A stretch of DNA of 64,000 bases from Octopus sinensis (taxonomy: Eukaryota), in the NCBI RefSeq assembly GCF_006345805.1, contig NC_043002.1, positions 60,512,001 to 60,576,000 of the forward strand, in the 5' to 3' direction. Position numbers and translations under genes: made by a program. A model generated the notes under the pieces. It searched no databases and was not told the DNA's origin. It saw nothing but the letters and a program-made list of their open reading frames with translations. Positions 1 through 12,177 of this stretch are shown in pieces (positions within the stretch are counted from its first letter, which is position 1; every line of letters begins with the position of its first letter).

Positions 1-139
1 AGGATTTAGGCTTAGTGCTATGTAAAGCTGTTTTAACGTTAAGCTTCATTGCTAATGGCTGAGCAGAATCCCTATGTCAATATTCGAAATATTTGATTGT
101 TTCACATCGAATTATCAACTTCGTTGTCAATGTTATTTC

Positions 140-300
140 TAAGAGCGGTTTCAAATTCTGGCACAGGTCCAGCAATGTTTGGAAGAGGGAGAAGTCAAGT
201 ACATCGACCCCAATACTTGACTGCTACTCAGTTACTTTACCGACCCCGAAGGGAAGAAAGCAAAGTCGACTTCAGCGGAATTTGAGCTCACAAAAGCAAA
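140..300 (-). mobile_element. tRNA-derived SINE family B, partial copy
   Basis: Reverse complement matches the GAGTTCAAATTCC..GTCGACTTTGCC..CTTTCGGGGTCGAT..GGGGTCGAT core and the GGCCTTGTGCC tail seen in the 4503-5075 copy. Confidence 0.75.
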
Positions 301-614
301 GAAAGTTAACTCAGTCTGAAGACTGTGTCTCGCTGTTCTTTCTTGTGGCATTCTAATCCCATGTCTGTTCTATTGGGGTTATGACCTCTGAAACTCATAA
401 AGGAGCGGCTTGGTTCTGAGAGACCTGCCCATCTCTAAGCTACAAACTCAGTTCAGGGATGTTACCCCAGTTACCGTTTAGAGGAACCTATTTTGGCCGC
501 TTGCATTCGCTATCGATTTGATGATAGCAAGTTTGGATTTATTTTTACCAGTTTCTAAACCGCTACAATTATAAGAGCATGTGGTTTTGTTTGAAAAAAG
601 AACCCAAAAATCTA

Positions 615-905
615 TTGTATGGTAAGAAGTTTGCTTCCTAACCACATGTTTCCGGGTTCAGTCCTATTGCGTGACAATTTAGACAGATCTCTTCTACTAT
701 AGGCAGAGGCCGACCAAAGACTCATTATACATGTGTGAGAGTTTGTGCATGTGTGTGTTTGTTTTCTCTACATCAATCCCTTGAAAACGGTGTTGTAGTG
801 TTTACAACCCTTTAAAATAAGTACCGCGCATTGCAAAAAATGCACTCTTTCGACTTCAACATTCCAAGGAGATGCTCCACCAGGGCCGTAGTCTAACAAC
901 CGAAA
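615..905 (+). mobile_element. SINE family A, degenerate copy
   Basis: Colinear with the full copy at 7460-7874: ..AACCACATG.TTCCGGGTTCAGTCC head and GATGCTCCACCAGGGCCGTAGTC..GAAACAAATAAAAG tail. Confidence 0.7.
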
Positions 906-1630
906 CAAATAAAAGATAAAAGAGATCCAGATAACTTGGAATATACAAAATACAATAAATAAGACTTTCTGTCTTCCACTAGATCTCTGTCCCTTTTATA
1001 AAGTCTCATGCTCTGAGCTCTAATACCACTGATTTCATTTCGATTTTCACGTTATGAGTGTCGAGAACAAATGTCGTATCAGGGAGGTGATATCATCCAT
1101 CACATCCTTCATCCACTGTTGTGAAATTTTTTCTTTCTTCTTTTTATTTTGCAAGCAAACTTAATTTAAAAAAACGGATATTTATTTTTAGCTTAAGTAC
1201 AAAGGCATTTACTTTGCTGTTCACTGAGTTCTGATTATTTATCCCTATTAGAAAGCTGTGAAATTTGTTGGAAAAATAAATAATATCAACCGAAAAACGA
1301 TATGCAAAATGACAATTAAGATGACTTTATTCTATTACAATCAGAGTATTGGAAGATGCATTATCTATATATCAATAAATTAATTTAGATATGACAAGCA
1401 AGCTACAACGAGAACAAAGAAATTGATGTTACGTATAGTATTAGATTAAATTTCAACATCAAATATATACGAGAAACAATGAAATTATGTAGTATATAGA
1501 TTTTAAAAATGAACAAAACCTCCTACGCAGTGTGCTGATGATATATGTGAGATATATATATATAAGTGACACTAGCATACTACTGTGTAGAGATATACAT
1601 AGATACATACATACATACACACACACACAC

Positions 1631-1661
<31 letters not shown>

Positions 1662-1689
1662 TATATATACATATATATATATAACAACC

Positions 1690-1812
1690 CCTCCACACAC
1701 CAACCGTGTTCAGTTCCACCACGTGGCACCCTGGGCAATTGTTTTCTAGAGCCGCGGCCGATCAAAGTTTTGTGAATGGATTTGGTAAACGGAAACTAAA
1801 AGAAGCCTGCCG
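1690..1812 (+). mobile_element. SINE family A, 5' half; supplies the spurious N-terminus of the 1706-2266 ORF
   Basis: GTTCAGTTCCACCACGTGGCACCCTGGGCAA..GGATTTGGTAAACGGAAACTAAAAGAAGCC matches 7510-7620. Confidence 0.75.
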
Positions 1813-2830
1813 CTTTAGAAGGATTAAGCTAAGGATTAAGGTTGTTGAAAACCCAAGCAACCCTATAAAATCTATAATTGGTAGAACCTATCCTTTTAGT
1901 AGAACCCCCTGTACGGATAAGTTCTGTACTGTATGTAGATTTAGCCCAGAAACAAACTGTAAAGCCAGAAATGTAGTCTATAGTATAAGATGTATAGAGG
2001 GACGATGCAGTAACAAGACAACGACATACGTAGGGGAAACGGCAAGAAGCATAGGAGAGCGGGTAAATGGACATTGGAGACAGCTCAAGGAAGGTAAAAG
2101 CTCATCGATTCTGTACCAACACGCCGAACAGGAACACGGGGGATCAATCAACAACATAGAAATTAAAATATTGTCCACACATAGAACAGATGCAACAATC
2201 AGACAAATTACAGAAGCTACACACATAATACAAAATAAACCTAGCCTGAATAGAAAACTAGAATGAAACACAAGCACACACCACAACATATGACGGTAGA
2301 GGATCCCGAACACATAATAAATACAGAGATAAATAAACAAAAAGAAATAAATAACTATATATATATATATTTTTTTTTTTATTATTATTATTACTAGTAT
2401 TGTTGTTATACTTACATATATACAAGCATATGTAATGATAATAATAAAGGGATGTAAACACATGAACAAAATAAGAATAAACAAAAACAACAACAAAAAC
2501 AATTTACATGAACGTATATAAACAGAAAATAGAAATATTACAGGCATTCCCCCCACACACACACACTAAATAAACATAGACGCACATAGTGATATAAACA
2601 TGCGCAAATGAAGACATACAATAGAAAGACAAAATGGCTGACGGTTAGTAAGGAGAGGCACAAATAAGAAAGAAGAAAACAAAGGACCACTGATGCGGTC
2701 ACAGGAGTGTGACGAAAGAACTCTGGCCGAAATAAGATTAAGATTAATGTAAAAAATAAATAACACTGAAGCAAAGTAACACCAAATATATAGTGCGTGT
2801 GATTTTATTGGCTAAACTGGCAAAATGACC
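1813..2830 (+). mobile_element. 5'-truncated Penelope-like element: Cys-rich linker + GIY-YIG endonuclease (reading frame open to stop at 2266), then 3' non-coding/pLTR region
   Basis: Peptide CTDKFCTVCRFSPETNC..VVYSIRC..TYVGETAR..R..H..E..KPSLN is a GIY-YIG domain preceded by a Cys-rich linker, as in Neptune-type PLEs. A hammerhead-like motif lies downstream. Confidence 0.85.
2684..2728 (+). ncRNA. Minimal type-I hammerhead ribozyme-like motif (A9>C variant) in the PLE 3' region
   Basis: cca-CTGATGC-g-GTCAC(aggagt)GTGAC-GAAA-G(aa)C-TC-tgg: stem I cca/tgg, 5-bp stem II, GAAA, CUC cleavage triplet. Confidence 0.6.
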
Positions 2831-2952
2831 ATTCCGAAATATAACTATATATATATATATATATATATACATATACGTACATATACATACATACATATAC
2901 ATCTGCTTTTGTTCTCAACTTTGACCCTTCATATATCCTAAATTTTATTTAG

Positions 2953-3948
2953 GAACTTATGGGGCCAACTGTCTTCGAAAGCTCATAGTGTCGTTCAAGA
3001 GCGGCGAGGATACGAATAAGCAATATCCCACCGGAACTTGATACCTAAAGAATAGTAGCTGCAATAATTTACAACTGCAAGGAGAACGTGGACATACTCA
3101 AGGTGGAAAAATCGAATGAAATAGACTGGTGGGGTTATGCGGTGGAAACCCTAATCCAGATTTGGAGTACATGCCAGATTTGTACAACATCCCGGAGGAG
3201 TTGGTGTTCCCCGATGAGACACGACTGAGAGTCGTAGTGCAGGGGAGACCTCCAGTGTGTTATAAATGTAAGAGAAGAGGGCACATGAAGGATGTGTGTC
3301 CTCAAAGAGAAATACAAGAGAAGAACATAACATTGGAGGAAGGAATAAGAGCTTTGACAGAGGAGTTAGGAAAAGAGATTGAAGAAATCATGACAACAGA
3401 TAATATGGAAAGTGACGACGAGTTAGTGAAGGAGAAAGAAGAGGAAGGAACAGAAGTATAAGAGGATAGAAAGCGAACACGGGTGGAATCACCACCCAAA
3501 GACCAAAAAAAAGAAAAAAACTAAAAAGAAGTATGCCGACGAGACAGAGGATCGAACACACGAAGGGAGAGATACAGCAACTAAAGTGAGTTAAGGTTCA
3601 ACGTGGGAGGAAACGGAAAAAGGGTCAACAAAAGTGGAAGAATGTCTGAAAATATGCAAGGTAGGGGGAAGACCCAAAGGAAGAGTTGTAATGTTGTACA
3701 AAAAAGATAAAGAAATTGAGAAAAAATTAGCAATAATGAAAAATCTAACGAGAGTGTAATTGAACCCGAGGATATACGATAACCAAATAAAGGCTGCAAT
3801 AGTGGAAAAAGAGACGGTAAATAAATTAATAAATTTGTTTTCAAATACAGCTGTGTCCATAGCGCACTACGTTCGATATGACAGTTTGCTCGGCGTTATA
3901 GAGCAGGATGAATTACTCGTTTACATTACAGACGAACACCCCATATAG
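2953..3948 (+). pseudogene. Decayed LINE ORF1 (L1/Tx1-type gag-like protein with CCHC zinc knuckle)
   Basis: ARIRISNIPPE..VDILKVEK (RRM-like), a frameshift near 3170, then IPEELVFPDETRLRVVVQGRPPVCYKCKRRGHMKDVC (CX2CX4HX4C) and an acidic/basic tail. Several in-frame stops. Confidence 0.75.
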
Positions 3949-4009
3949 TATAACTGTAATTGTAGGTTTTATATTATTCTGAACAAGCTACATATGTATG
4001 AAAAGAAAC

Positions 4010-4160
4010 CGAGAATCAGGCGTGGCTGTGTGCTTCCCAGCCACATGGTTCTGGGTTCAGTCCCACAGTATAGAATCTTGAACAAGTGTTCTCTACTATG
4101 AATTCGGGCCTACCACGTCTTATGAATGAAATTGGCAGACGGAAACTGAAAGAATCCTGT
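4010..4160 (+). mobile_element. SINE family A, 5' half
   Basis: GGCGTGGCTGTGTG..CCACATGGTTCTGGGTTCAGTCCCAC..GACGGAAACTGAAAGAA. Confidence 0.7.
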
Positions 4161-4214
4161 CATAAATATATATGGATATGTATCTGTGTGAATGTATGTG
4201 TGTGTATGCTTGTG

Positions 4215-4269
<55 letters not shown>

Positions 4270-4502
4270 CTACTTTTGTGACACTGAATCTGTACGCGTA
4301 CCTCACCACCAACTGGCAGCCAGTGTTGGTGTATATAAAAACTCGGAAATTGACGGTCAGCAAAGAGCCTAATAGAATAAATACCGATGTTAAAGAAATT
4401 AATGAGGTAATTCACATAGGGGCCGAATCTAATGACCGAGTGAAGTAAAAAAAGAACATACAGTCAGCGGAATAGAGATATACTTGTGTTAACATTATAA
4501 TA

Positions 4503-5075
4503 CATGCAGCGAGCTGGCAGAATCGTTTGCACGCTGGGCGAAATGCGTAGACCTATTTCGTCTTCCGTTACGTTCTGAGTTCAAATTCCGCCGAGGTCGA
4601 CTTTGCCTTCCGTCCTTTCGGGATCGATAAATGAAGTACCTGTTACGCACTAGGGTCGATGTAATCGACTTAATCCGTTTGTCTGGTCTTGTTTGTCCCC
4701 TGTGTTTAGCTCCTTGTGGGTAGTAAAGAAATAGGTATTTCATCTGCCGCTACGTTCTGAGTTCAAATCCCGCCGAGGTCGACTTTGCCATTCATCCTTT
4801 CGGGGTCGATTAAATCAGTACCAGTTACGCACTGGGGTCAATATAATCGACTTAATCCGTTTGCCTGTCCTTGTTTGTCCCGTCTGCGTGTAGCCCCTTG
4901 GGGGCAGGAAAGAAATAGGTATTTCGTCTGTCATTACATTCTGAGTTCCAATTCCTTCGAGTTCATTCATTCGGGGTCGATAAGTTAAGTACAATTTGCG
5001 TACTGGGGTCGATCTAATCGACTGGCCAACTCCCCACAAATATCAGGCCTTGTGCCTATAATAGAAAGTATTAAT
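4503..5075 (+). mobile_element. tRNA-derived SINE family B with about 2.5 tandem internal units (period 182-184 bp)
   Basis: A-box-like CTGGCAGAATCG. The unit starting TATTTCGTCT recurs at 4554, 4736 and 4920, each followed by a B-box-like GAGTTC(A/C)AAT(T/C)CC. Confidence 0.85.
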
Positions 5076-5407
5076 GCGTTGTTCTTAGGGGTAATAATCT
5101 GCTGATTTAAAATAATCAAGAATGGTTCAACTGCACTTAAAGAGTTTAGGAAATAATTGCAATACCATAATAATATAACAACACATGTCACTCTAGCTCT
5201 CTCTTCCAAAGTAAACAAGTTATTGCGTGTATGAGGGTGTGTGTGTGTATGTGTGTGTGTGGGGGGGGTGTATAACTGAGTTTGATCACAGAGATCTACA
5301 GCAGCATTCTGGTTCTACACACAGCATAATCAATCAATCAATCTATCTATCTATCTATCAATCTTTCTATCTATTTATCTATCTATCTACCTATCTATCT
5401 ATCCATG

Positions 5408-5439
<32 letters not shown>

Positions 5440-5662
5440 AATCTATCTGTCTGTCTGTCTATCTATCAATCGATATATCTATCTATATATATCTCTCTCT
5501 CTATGTGTGTGTGTGTATATATATAGATACATACATATCCATAACATATACAACATGTATATACATACATATCCATAACATATATAACATATATATATAT
5601 GTATGTATAATATTGATAATAATGAGAACGAAGTATTTGAACATTGTAAGTATGTATGTTTA

Positions 5663-5728
<66 letters not shown>

Positions 5729-5784
5729 TATACATATATAATATATATATATGTATGTATTTATATATATATATATGTATATAT

Positions 5785-5855
<71 letters not shown>

Positions 5856-5890
5856 CATATATATACATACATACATTTTTCGATTGCCTC

Positions 5891-5952
5891 TATAACTGAC
5901 GAGATGCCGGAGAAGCTTTCCGCTCCGACATTCGTAACTCGGAGACTTAATA
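5891..5952 (+). ncRNA. Degenerate hammerhead-like motif
   Basis: CTGACGA-GATGCCGGAG..CTCCGACATTC-GTAA-CTC.GAGAC. The long stem II is retained, but the core has GAAA>GTAA and U16.1>A. Confidence 0.45.
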
Positions 5953-6061
5953 TGGCTACCGAATAATTGTCACATATTATATAACCGATACATTCCTGTA
6001 TTTACACAATATCGAAGTCTCATTCATTCTTTTGTTCTCTTACCATTAATATTAATACATA

Positions 6062-6716
6062 TATCATGAATCGGCTTCGCGAACGAAGATCAGGAAGGCT
6101 GTCCACGTCGCGTGCAGGCGCGCTCATGACTGACAAGTCCGATATAGGAAAGGCAGGTCCGTGAACAGTGCCCACAAACGAAGGTAACATCCGGTGTGGT
6201 GTCCGAGGCGGCTCACGCCTTCTTCCTGTGTCTCTTGTCTTTAAGTGCGTCTCTTTTTTGTTCCTCAAACTTGCTGACTGCGTTGAAGATTGTGTGGCGC
6301 CAGACATCACGGTCCGCAGCCAGGTCTTACCAGCATTGGTGGTTAATTTGACATGCTGTTAGAGACTTCTTGAGACAGTCTTTGTAACGCTTCCTCGGAG
6401 CTCCTCTCACTCGGTGGCCGGTGGAGAGTTCGCCAAACAGGGCAATCTTTGGAAGACGATGGTTCTCCATTCTGGAGACATGCCCTGCCCATCGGAGGTG
6501 GTACTTCAGTAGCATGGCTTCAATGCTGGGGATCTCCGCCCGCTCCAAGTGTTCAATGTTTGTGACGAAGTCACTCCAGTGAATGTTGAGGATGGTGCGG
6601 AGACATGGCTGGTGGAAGCGCTCGAGGAGACGGATGTGACTGCGGTAAGTGATCCAGGTCTCTGAGCCGTAGAGAAGAGTGGTGAGAACCACGGCCCTGT
6701 AGACACTGATCTTTAA
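6062..6716 (-). mobile_element. 5'-truncated RTE-clade LINE (RT thumb/C-terminus + C2H2-like motif + 3' end)
   Basis: KISVYRAVVLTTLLYGSETW..LRWAGHVSRM..RLPKIALFGEL..RGAPRKRYKDCLK; beyond premature stops ..FVCGHCSRTCLSYIGLVSHERAC. The 5' end abuts a (TA)n tract. Confidence 0.92.
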
Positions 6717-6756
6717 TAATACATATACCATATATATAATATATATATATACATAT

Positions 6757-6849
<93 letters not shown>

Positions 6850-7217
6850 TGTGTGTGTGTTGTGTGGAGAGAGAGAGAGAGAGAGAGACAGACATACAGA
6901 CGGAGAAAATATGAGGTGTTTAGTTCACATGTGACCTAAAGAAATAGGTACGCTGAGTAAGTGCTATATGTGGTTATCCGTTAGGTTCGAAATTCACAGT
7001 TGAGGGTTCCGTATTAGTGTTTCGTTATAGCAGATATGCATTATATTGGATGAAAAAGCAAAACCAAGGAAGAACGTGTAACGCAAGTCGTTTAGGATAA
7101 TTTAATTAGGGTAAGGTGCATTTGAAGTCTTACAGCAGTTTCTGAGATGACCCAAGTGTTATGTTAGCATTTCCACGCACTGGGTATGCCGTTATCAGAG
7201 ACAACGTATTTATTTTT

Positions 7218-7420
7218 TTATTTGTTTCAGTCACTTAAATGCGGCCATGCTGGAGCACCACCATTAGTCGAGCACATCGACCTAGGAGTTTTTCTTTGTA
7301 AGCTTAGTACTTATTTTATCACACTCTTTTTGCCGAAGCGCTAGGTTACGGAGACGTAAGCACACCAGCATCGGTTGTCAAGCGATGTTGGGGGACAAAC
7401 ACAGAAACACAAGCACACGC
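7218..7420 (-). mobile_element. SINE family A, 3' half
   Basis: Reverse complement of 7670-7850 (GCGGCCATGCTGGAGCACC..CAGCATCGGTTGTCAAGCGATG). Confidence 0.85.
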
Positions 7421-7421
7421 C

Positions 7422-7459
<38 letters not shown>

Positions 7460-7874
7460 GGCGCAGGAGTGGCTGTGTGGTAAGTAACTTGCTTACCAAC
7501 CACATGGTTCCGGGTTCAATCCCACTGCGTGGCATCTTGGGCGAGTGTCTTCTGATATAGCCTCGGGCCGACCAATGCCTTGTGAGTGGATTTGGTAGAC
7601 AGAAACTAAAAGAAGCCTGTCGTATATATGAATATATATATGTGTATGTGTGTGTGTGCTTGTGTGTCTGTGTTTGTCCCCCTAGCATTGCTTGACAACC
7701 GATGCTGGTTTACGTCCCCGTCACTTAGCGGTTCGGCAAAAGAGACTGATAGAATAAGTACTGGGCTTACAAAGAATAAGTTCCAGAGTCGATTTGCTCG
7801 ACTAAAGGCGGTGCTCCAGCATGGCCGCAGTCAAATGACTGAAACAAGTAAAAGAGGTAAAAGAGGTAAAAGAG
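7460..7874 (+). mobile_element. Full-length tRNA-derived SINE family A with internal (TA)/(TG) microsatellite
   Basis: GGCGCAGGAGTGGCTGTGTGGTAAG..GGTTCAATCCC head and (GTAAAAGAG)3 tail. Near-identical to 56155-56570. Flanked by (TA)n. Confidence 0.92.
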
Positions 7875-7885
7875 ATATATATATA

Positions 7886-8070
7886 TGACCGCGTGCGTAT
7901 CGGTGGCGATTTCCTTTCTCCGTTTTCCCTTCCTTGGACTTTTCCTTTTTTCTACATTGCTGACGAAGACCTCCGCTCGAAACGTTAAAATATCCTGAGC
8001 GTCCAATAACACTATACTTGTTCCACTTCCTCGTGTTGTTGTGTTTTCTCTTTATTCATGTTTGGATTAA
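7886..8070 (+). mobile_element. Hammerhead-bearing short element family P1 (putative PLE pLTR)
   Basis: GACCGCGTG..CTGACGAAGACCTCCGCTCGAAACGTTAAA..CCTGAGCGTCCAATAACACTATAC..GATTAAC. Homologous copies at 27563, 52131 and 60400-60530(-). Confidence 0.8.
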
Positions 8071-8073
8071 CTC

Positions 8074-8179
<106 letters not shown>

Positions 8180-8227
8180 TATATATGTATGTATAAAGAC
8201 ACACAAACATACACACACTCACACACA

Positions 8228-8550
8228 CAGGAGTGGGTCTCCGTGCTCAATCCTACTGCGTGTCACAGTGGGCTAGCATCTTCTACTATAGCCTCGTGTC
8301 GACGAAAGCCTTTTGAGTGGATTTCATATATATACATAAGTTTGTGTATGTTTGTGTGTCTGTGCTTGTCTCCCCATCATCACTTGACTTCCGATGTCGG
8401 TGTGTTCACGTCGCCGTAACCTAGCGGTTAGGTAAATGTACCCGATATATTAAGCAGTAAGCTTACAAAGATAAGTCCTGGGGTCGATTTGCTCAACTAA
8501 AGACGTTGCTCCAGCATGGCTGCAGTCAGACAACTGACAAAATAAAAGCA
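8228..8550 (+). mobile_element. SINE family A, degenerate copy
   Basis: Colinear with 7460-7874; ends GCTCCAGCATGGCTGCAGTCAGACAACTGAC. Confidence 0.75.
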
Positions 8551-8624
8551 TAAAAGAATATATATATGTACATACATACATACATACATACATACATACA
8601 TACCTACATACATACATACATACA

Positions 8625-8659
<35 letters not shown>

Positions 8660-9249
8660 GCACCGGTTTGCATATATTTTCTTTTCGCACCTGTACGGTA
8701 TGGTGCACTAATTTTTTCATTATGCTAATTTATTTATTGTACTGTTTACATATCTCATTTGTTTGTCTAAATTAACGTCTGTCAATGCTAGTAGTATGTC
8801 TACCTCGTTTCCATTCTCATTTGATTTTTTTGATTACTTGGCTGTAATATACTTTTCTATTATTTTAATAGACTTTCAGTTACCTTGTTTTATAAACTTC
8901 TCTGGTCTGCAACCATATATGTGTGTGTTTTGTGTGTACATATAAGTGTGTCAGCGTGCGTGATGTGTGTGTTGTTTTGTGTACCTAATGTGTCTGTGCA
9001 TCTCAGACACCTTAAATATGTCTGGCTTTTGTAAGATTTCAACCGTGAGACAATTCAGTCAATACGATCGGTTGTTTGTGCTATTGTCATTAAACACATA
9101 CCTGAATAGACATACACACATACACACACGCACACACATAGATATATATGTGAATGCACACACACACACACACACACATACATATATATGTCGATGGTGA
9201 GAGACAGACTGATGACTTTATTGGTACAGGCACATACGTATATATACAA

Positions 9250-9274
9250 ATGAAAAGATACATATACATACAGC

Positions 9275-9316
<42 letters not shown>

Positions 9317-9397
9317 GATGTAGATTGATGGCTAGATAGGTATAGACTCTGACATGTAAATATATGTATACATATTTATACGGAAAAACACATATGC

Positions 9398-9461
<64 letters not shown>

Positions 9462-9502
9462 TTATATATATAATATATATATATATATGTATATATTTAT
9501 AT

Positions 9503-9561
<59 letters not shown>

Positions 9562-9599
9562 TATGTGTGTGTGTGTGTGGTGTGTATATATGTATATAT

Positions 9600-9635
<36 letters not shown>

Positions 9636-9747
9636 CTTATTATTATATATATATATATATATCTTATTATTATATGTATATATCATATATGTGTGGGTGT
9701 GTGTTTATGTGTATATATGTATATGATATATATATATCTATATATAA

Positions 9748-9781
<34 letters not shown>

Positions 9782-9800
9782 GATGGATGGATAGATAGAT
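9250..9800. repeat. Representative long (TA)n/(TG)n tract; many others, e.g. 5650-5860, 6720-6850, 8075-8190, 48770-49070, 52335-52620, 61965-62130
   Basis: Directly visible; origin of all IYIY/CVCV/HTHT ORFs in the track. Confidence 0.95.
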
Positions 9801-10350
9801 AGATAGGTGTAGATGCATATACGTGAGTAAATATATGTTCATGATTGATTTCGTATTGGAATTCATTGTGTGTGTGTGTGTGTATGTGTTTGTATTTGCA
9901 AGTGTATGTTTGCCGTATTAAAGGAGCGCTAGTGGGAAGATCGTATGTTCCATCGCGTCGCAACAAGTAAACAACGGAATCCGATTAGATAAAATGGTCT
10001 TCTTTGACGTATTTCTTAGGAAAAACACAGACAAGAATCATTGGCTAGAAGATATTTCAAATTCATGCACACCGGGAGGCAGTAGACAGCTTATTAGAAA
10101 CTGGTTTTGCAAGACACCTGGTGTTTTGATAGCTGATTAAAACATAAACATTTGACATCTGATATATGTTGTTGGTCAGATCCTGCGTCGGCAGTTCTTC
10201 CGAGACGAGACCCATCGGATATAATTGGCATCGTTTTTAGTGATGATGTGTGGGCAAAAGTGTTTAATTTTTTCATAAGGTAATTCTACGAAATATCACC
10301 TAATTTGATAGGATCTATACCCTCCAACATTGTCTGCGAAGACGTTCTTA

Positions 10351-10419
<69 letters not shown>

Positions 10420-10485
10420 ATATATACATGTATGTGTATATATATATACTTATATAGACTATATATAAGGAAATATATACGTATG

Positions 10486-10543
<58 letters not shown>

Positions 10544-10865
10544 TATAAATGTAGCCAGACGTAAAACGAAAAAATGAATTATCACTAACTGTGGCTGAAT
10601 GTCCATTGTGGAACCTATATTGCTAGAAATAAGAGTCAAATACCCATATAGTCATAAATATAGCAGAGGTCTACGTATTGGTAAGTGGGTTAAGCGTCCC
10701 ATATGGTGGGAGGGTGCTAAATTAGCAATCCAATTTCGCTTGAAATTAAAACTTAGCAGAATTACTACACCATAGCTTATAGTTAAGTCAAATCTAACCT
10801 GATTCTATGTAGATTATAACCATTAGAATCAATAATTGATGCATTACAATGGTAATATATATATA

Positions 10866-11040
10866 GTGAGAATTTATAAAACGATGAAGATGGTTGTGTA
10901 AACAAGAAACAGATGTATTAGTTTAACGCTCGGGAAGTGAGAAAGACTTTTACGTTTCGAGCCTACGCTCCTCGACAGAAAGGAATACAGAAATAAACAG
11001 GGAGAGAACATAAAATAGGTTTAGTGGCTAGCGATCTATC
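10866..11040 (-). mobile_element. Hammerhead-bearing short element family P2 (putative PLE pLTR)
   Basis: Homologous to 36012-36196. Minus-strand motif 10947-10982: cttt-CTGTCGA-g-GAGC(gtag)GCTC-GAAA-cg-TA-aaag. Flanked by (TA)n and (TCTA)n. Confidence 0.75.
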
Positions 11041-11092
11041 TATCTATCTATCTATCTATTTATCTATTTTAATATATATTTTTGCGTATTCC

Positions 11093-11164
<72 letters not shown>

Positions 11165-11165
<1 letters not shown>

Positions 11166-11791
11166 TATGTTTGACTTTTGCTTTATATTTGTACAAGTTG
11201 GCTCCAAGTCTCACCCAGAGACCTCAAGAGACAACAGGGTTGGAAGTTCATGTTGTTGTTATGCCTAGTGTGCCATATATTTGGGGGGTGGGGATGTTGT
11301 ACTAATGAATGTCTAAAAAAAAAAAGTTTTTTTTTTTTTTTTTTTAAACCGAAAATTATGGTTGTTTTAAACCTTGAGGTTACATAGAGAGTATTTTGCG
11401 TAGGATATGAGCAGTTCCCATGAGCACTATCTTTTGAACTTCTGCCATTTTTGGGTTTCCTGGTATCTGAGTTAGGTAGCTATCAGCCCCTTTTGCTATC
11501 ATTCCCAGGGCACCTATGACAACAGGTATTGTTTTAGTCTTCAGCTTCCACATTTTGCTGATTTCTATTTCAAGATCTTTATATTTGCTCAGTTTTTGGT
11601 AGGTCCTGACAGATACGTTTATATCGATTGGGACAGTCATATCAATGAGGAGGCATGTTCTTTGTTTGAAGTCTTTCAATATGATGTCTGGCCTATTTGC
11701 ATCTATCTTCCTGTCAGTTTGAATGGTGAAGTTCCAGAGGAGTGAGATGTGGTCATTTTCAAGCACTGGGGGTGGTTTGTGTTCCCACCAG

Positions 11792-11796
<5 letters not shown>
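11165..11796 (-). mobile_element. 5'-truncated RLE-type non-LTR retrotransposon (R4/Dong-like): endonuclease C-terminus + 3'UTR, embedded in (TTA)n
   Basis: WWEHKP..LLWNFTIQTDRKIDANRPDII..LLIDMTVP..KLSKYKDLEIEI..PVVIGALG..GTAHILRK (PD..D..K restriction-like motif), stop at 11380-11382. (TTA)n on both sides. Confidence 0.88.
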
Positions 11797-11850
<54 letters not shown>

Positions 11851-11854
<4 letters not shown>

Positions 11855-12165
11855 TCAGACTTAGCGAAGGCGGGAGTAGTTTTTCCAGTCGTGTTTCTTT
11901 TGTCTGTGGACAAGATATCCCAAGAACCACTGGATGGATTTGGATGAAACATTCATGGATGTTTGGCCTTAAGTCTGGCATCAATTGATCGATTCGGTAC
12001 CAGACAAGGATCCTGGATTATTTTTCCTAGTTTTAACTTAAATTTTCAGAGTGGTCGGGTTCATTTTTAGAATTCTCTTTTAGTATCTGAAATATACTCG
12101 ACCAGTCGAATTTATTTCAGATATTCTCATTTTAAAAATCCCCTCTGGTTAATCGTTGTGAGAAC
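11851..12165 (+). mobile_element. Helentron-associated (HINE/DINE-1-like) non-autonomous element, partial
   Basis: Begins TTATTACCTC.G..GAAGGCGG..GTCTGTGGACAAGATATC..GATGGATTTGGATGAAA, which resembles HINE-type 5' ends from memory. The right boundary is uncertain. Confidence 0.5.
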
Positions 12166-12177
12166 ATTGGTATTATT

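Noticed and set aside
1050-1115. Possible terminal exon on the minus strand (WMKDVMDDITSLIRHLFSTLIT*)
   Set aside because: The acceptor lacks a pyrimidine tract and the peptide is unrecognised.
1706-2266. 186-aa ORF as an intact gene
   Set aside because: The first about 36 codons are a SINE-A fragment in frame by chance; the rest is a 5'-truncated PLE endonuclease with no RT.
10179-10279. Possible plus-strand exon (CAG|ATCC..AAG|GTAATT)
   Set aside because: All three frames contain a stop before the donor and the acceptor is weak; cannot be supported without transcripts.
11380-11952. 190-aa ORF as an intact nuclease gene
   Set aside because: The N-terminus is read through a HINE-like element and a (TAA)n tract (poly-I); only 11380-11796 is homologous to an RLE retrotransposon.
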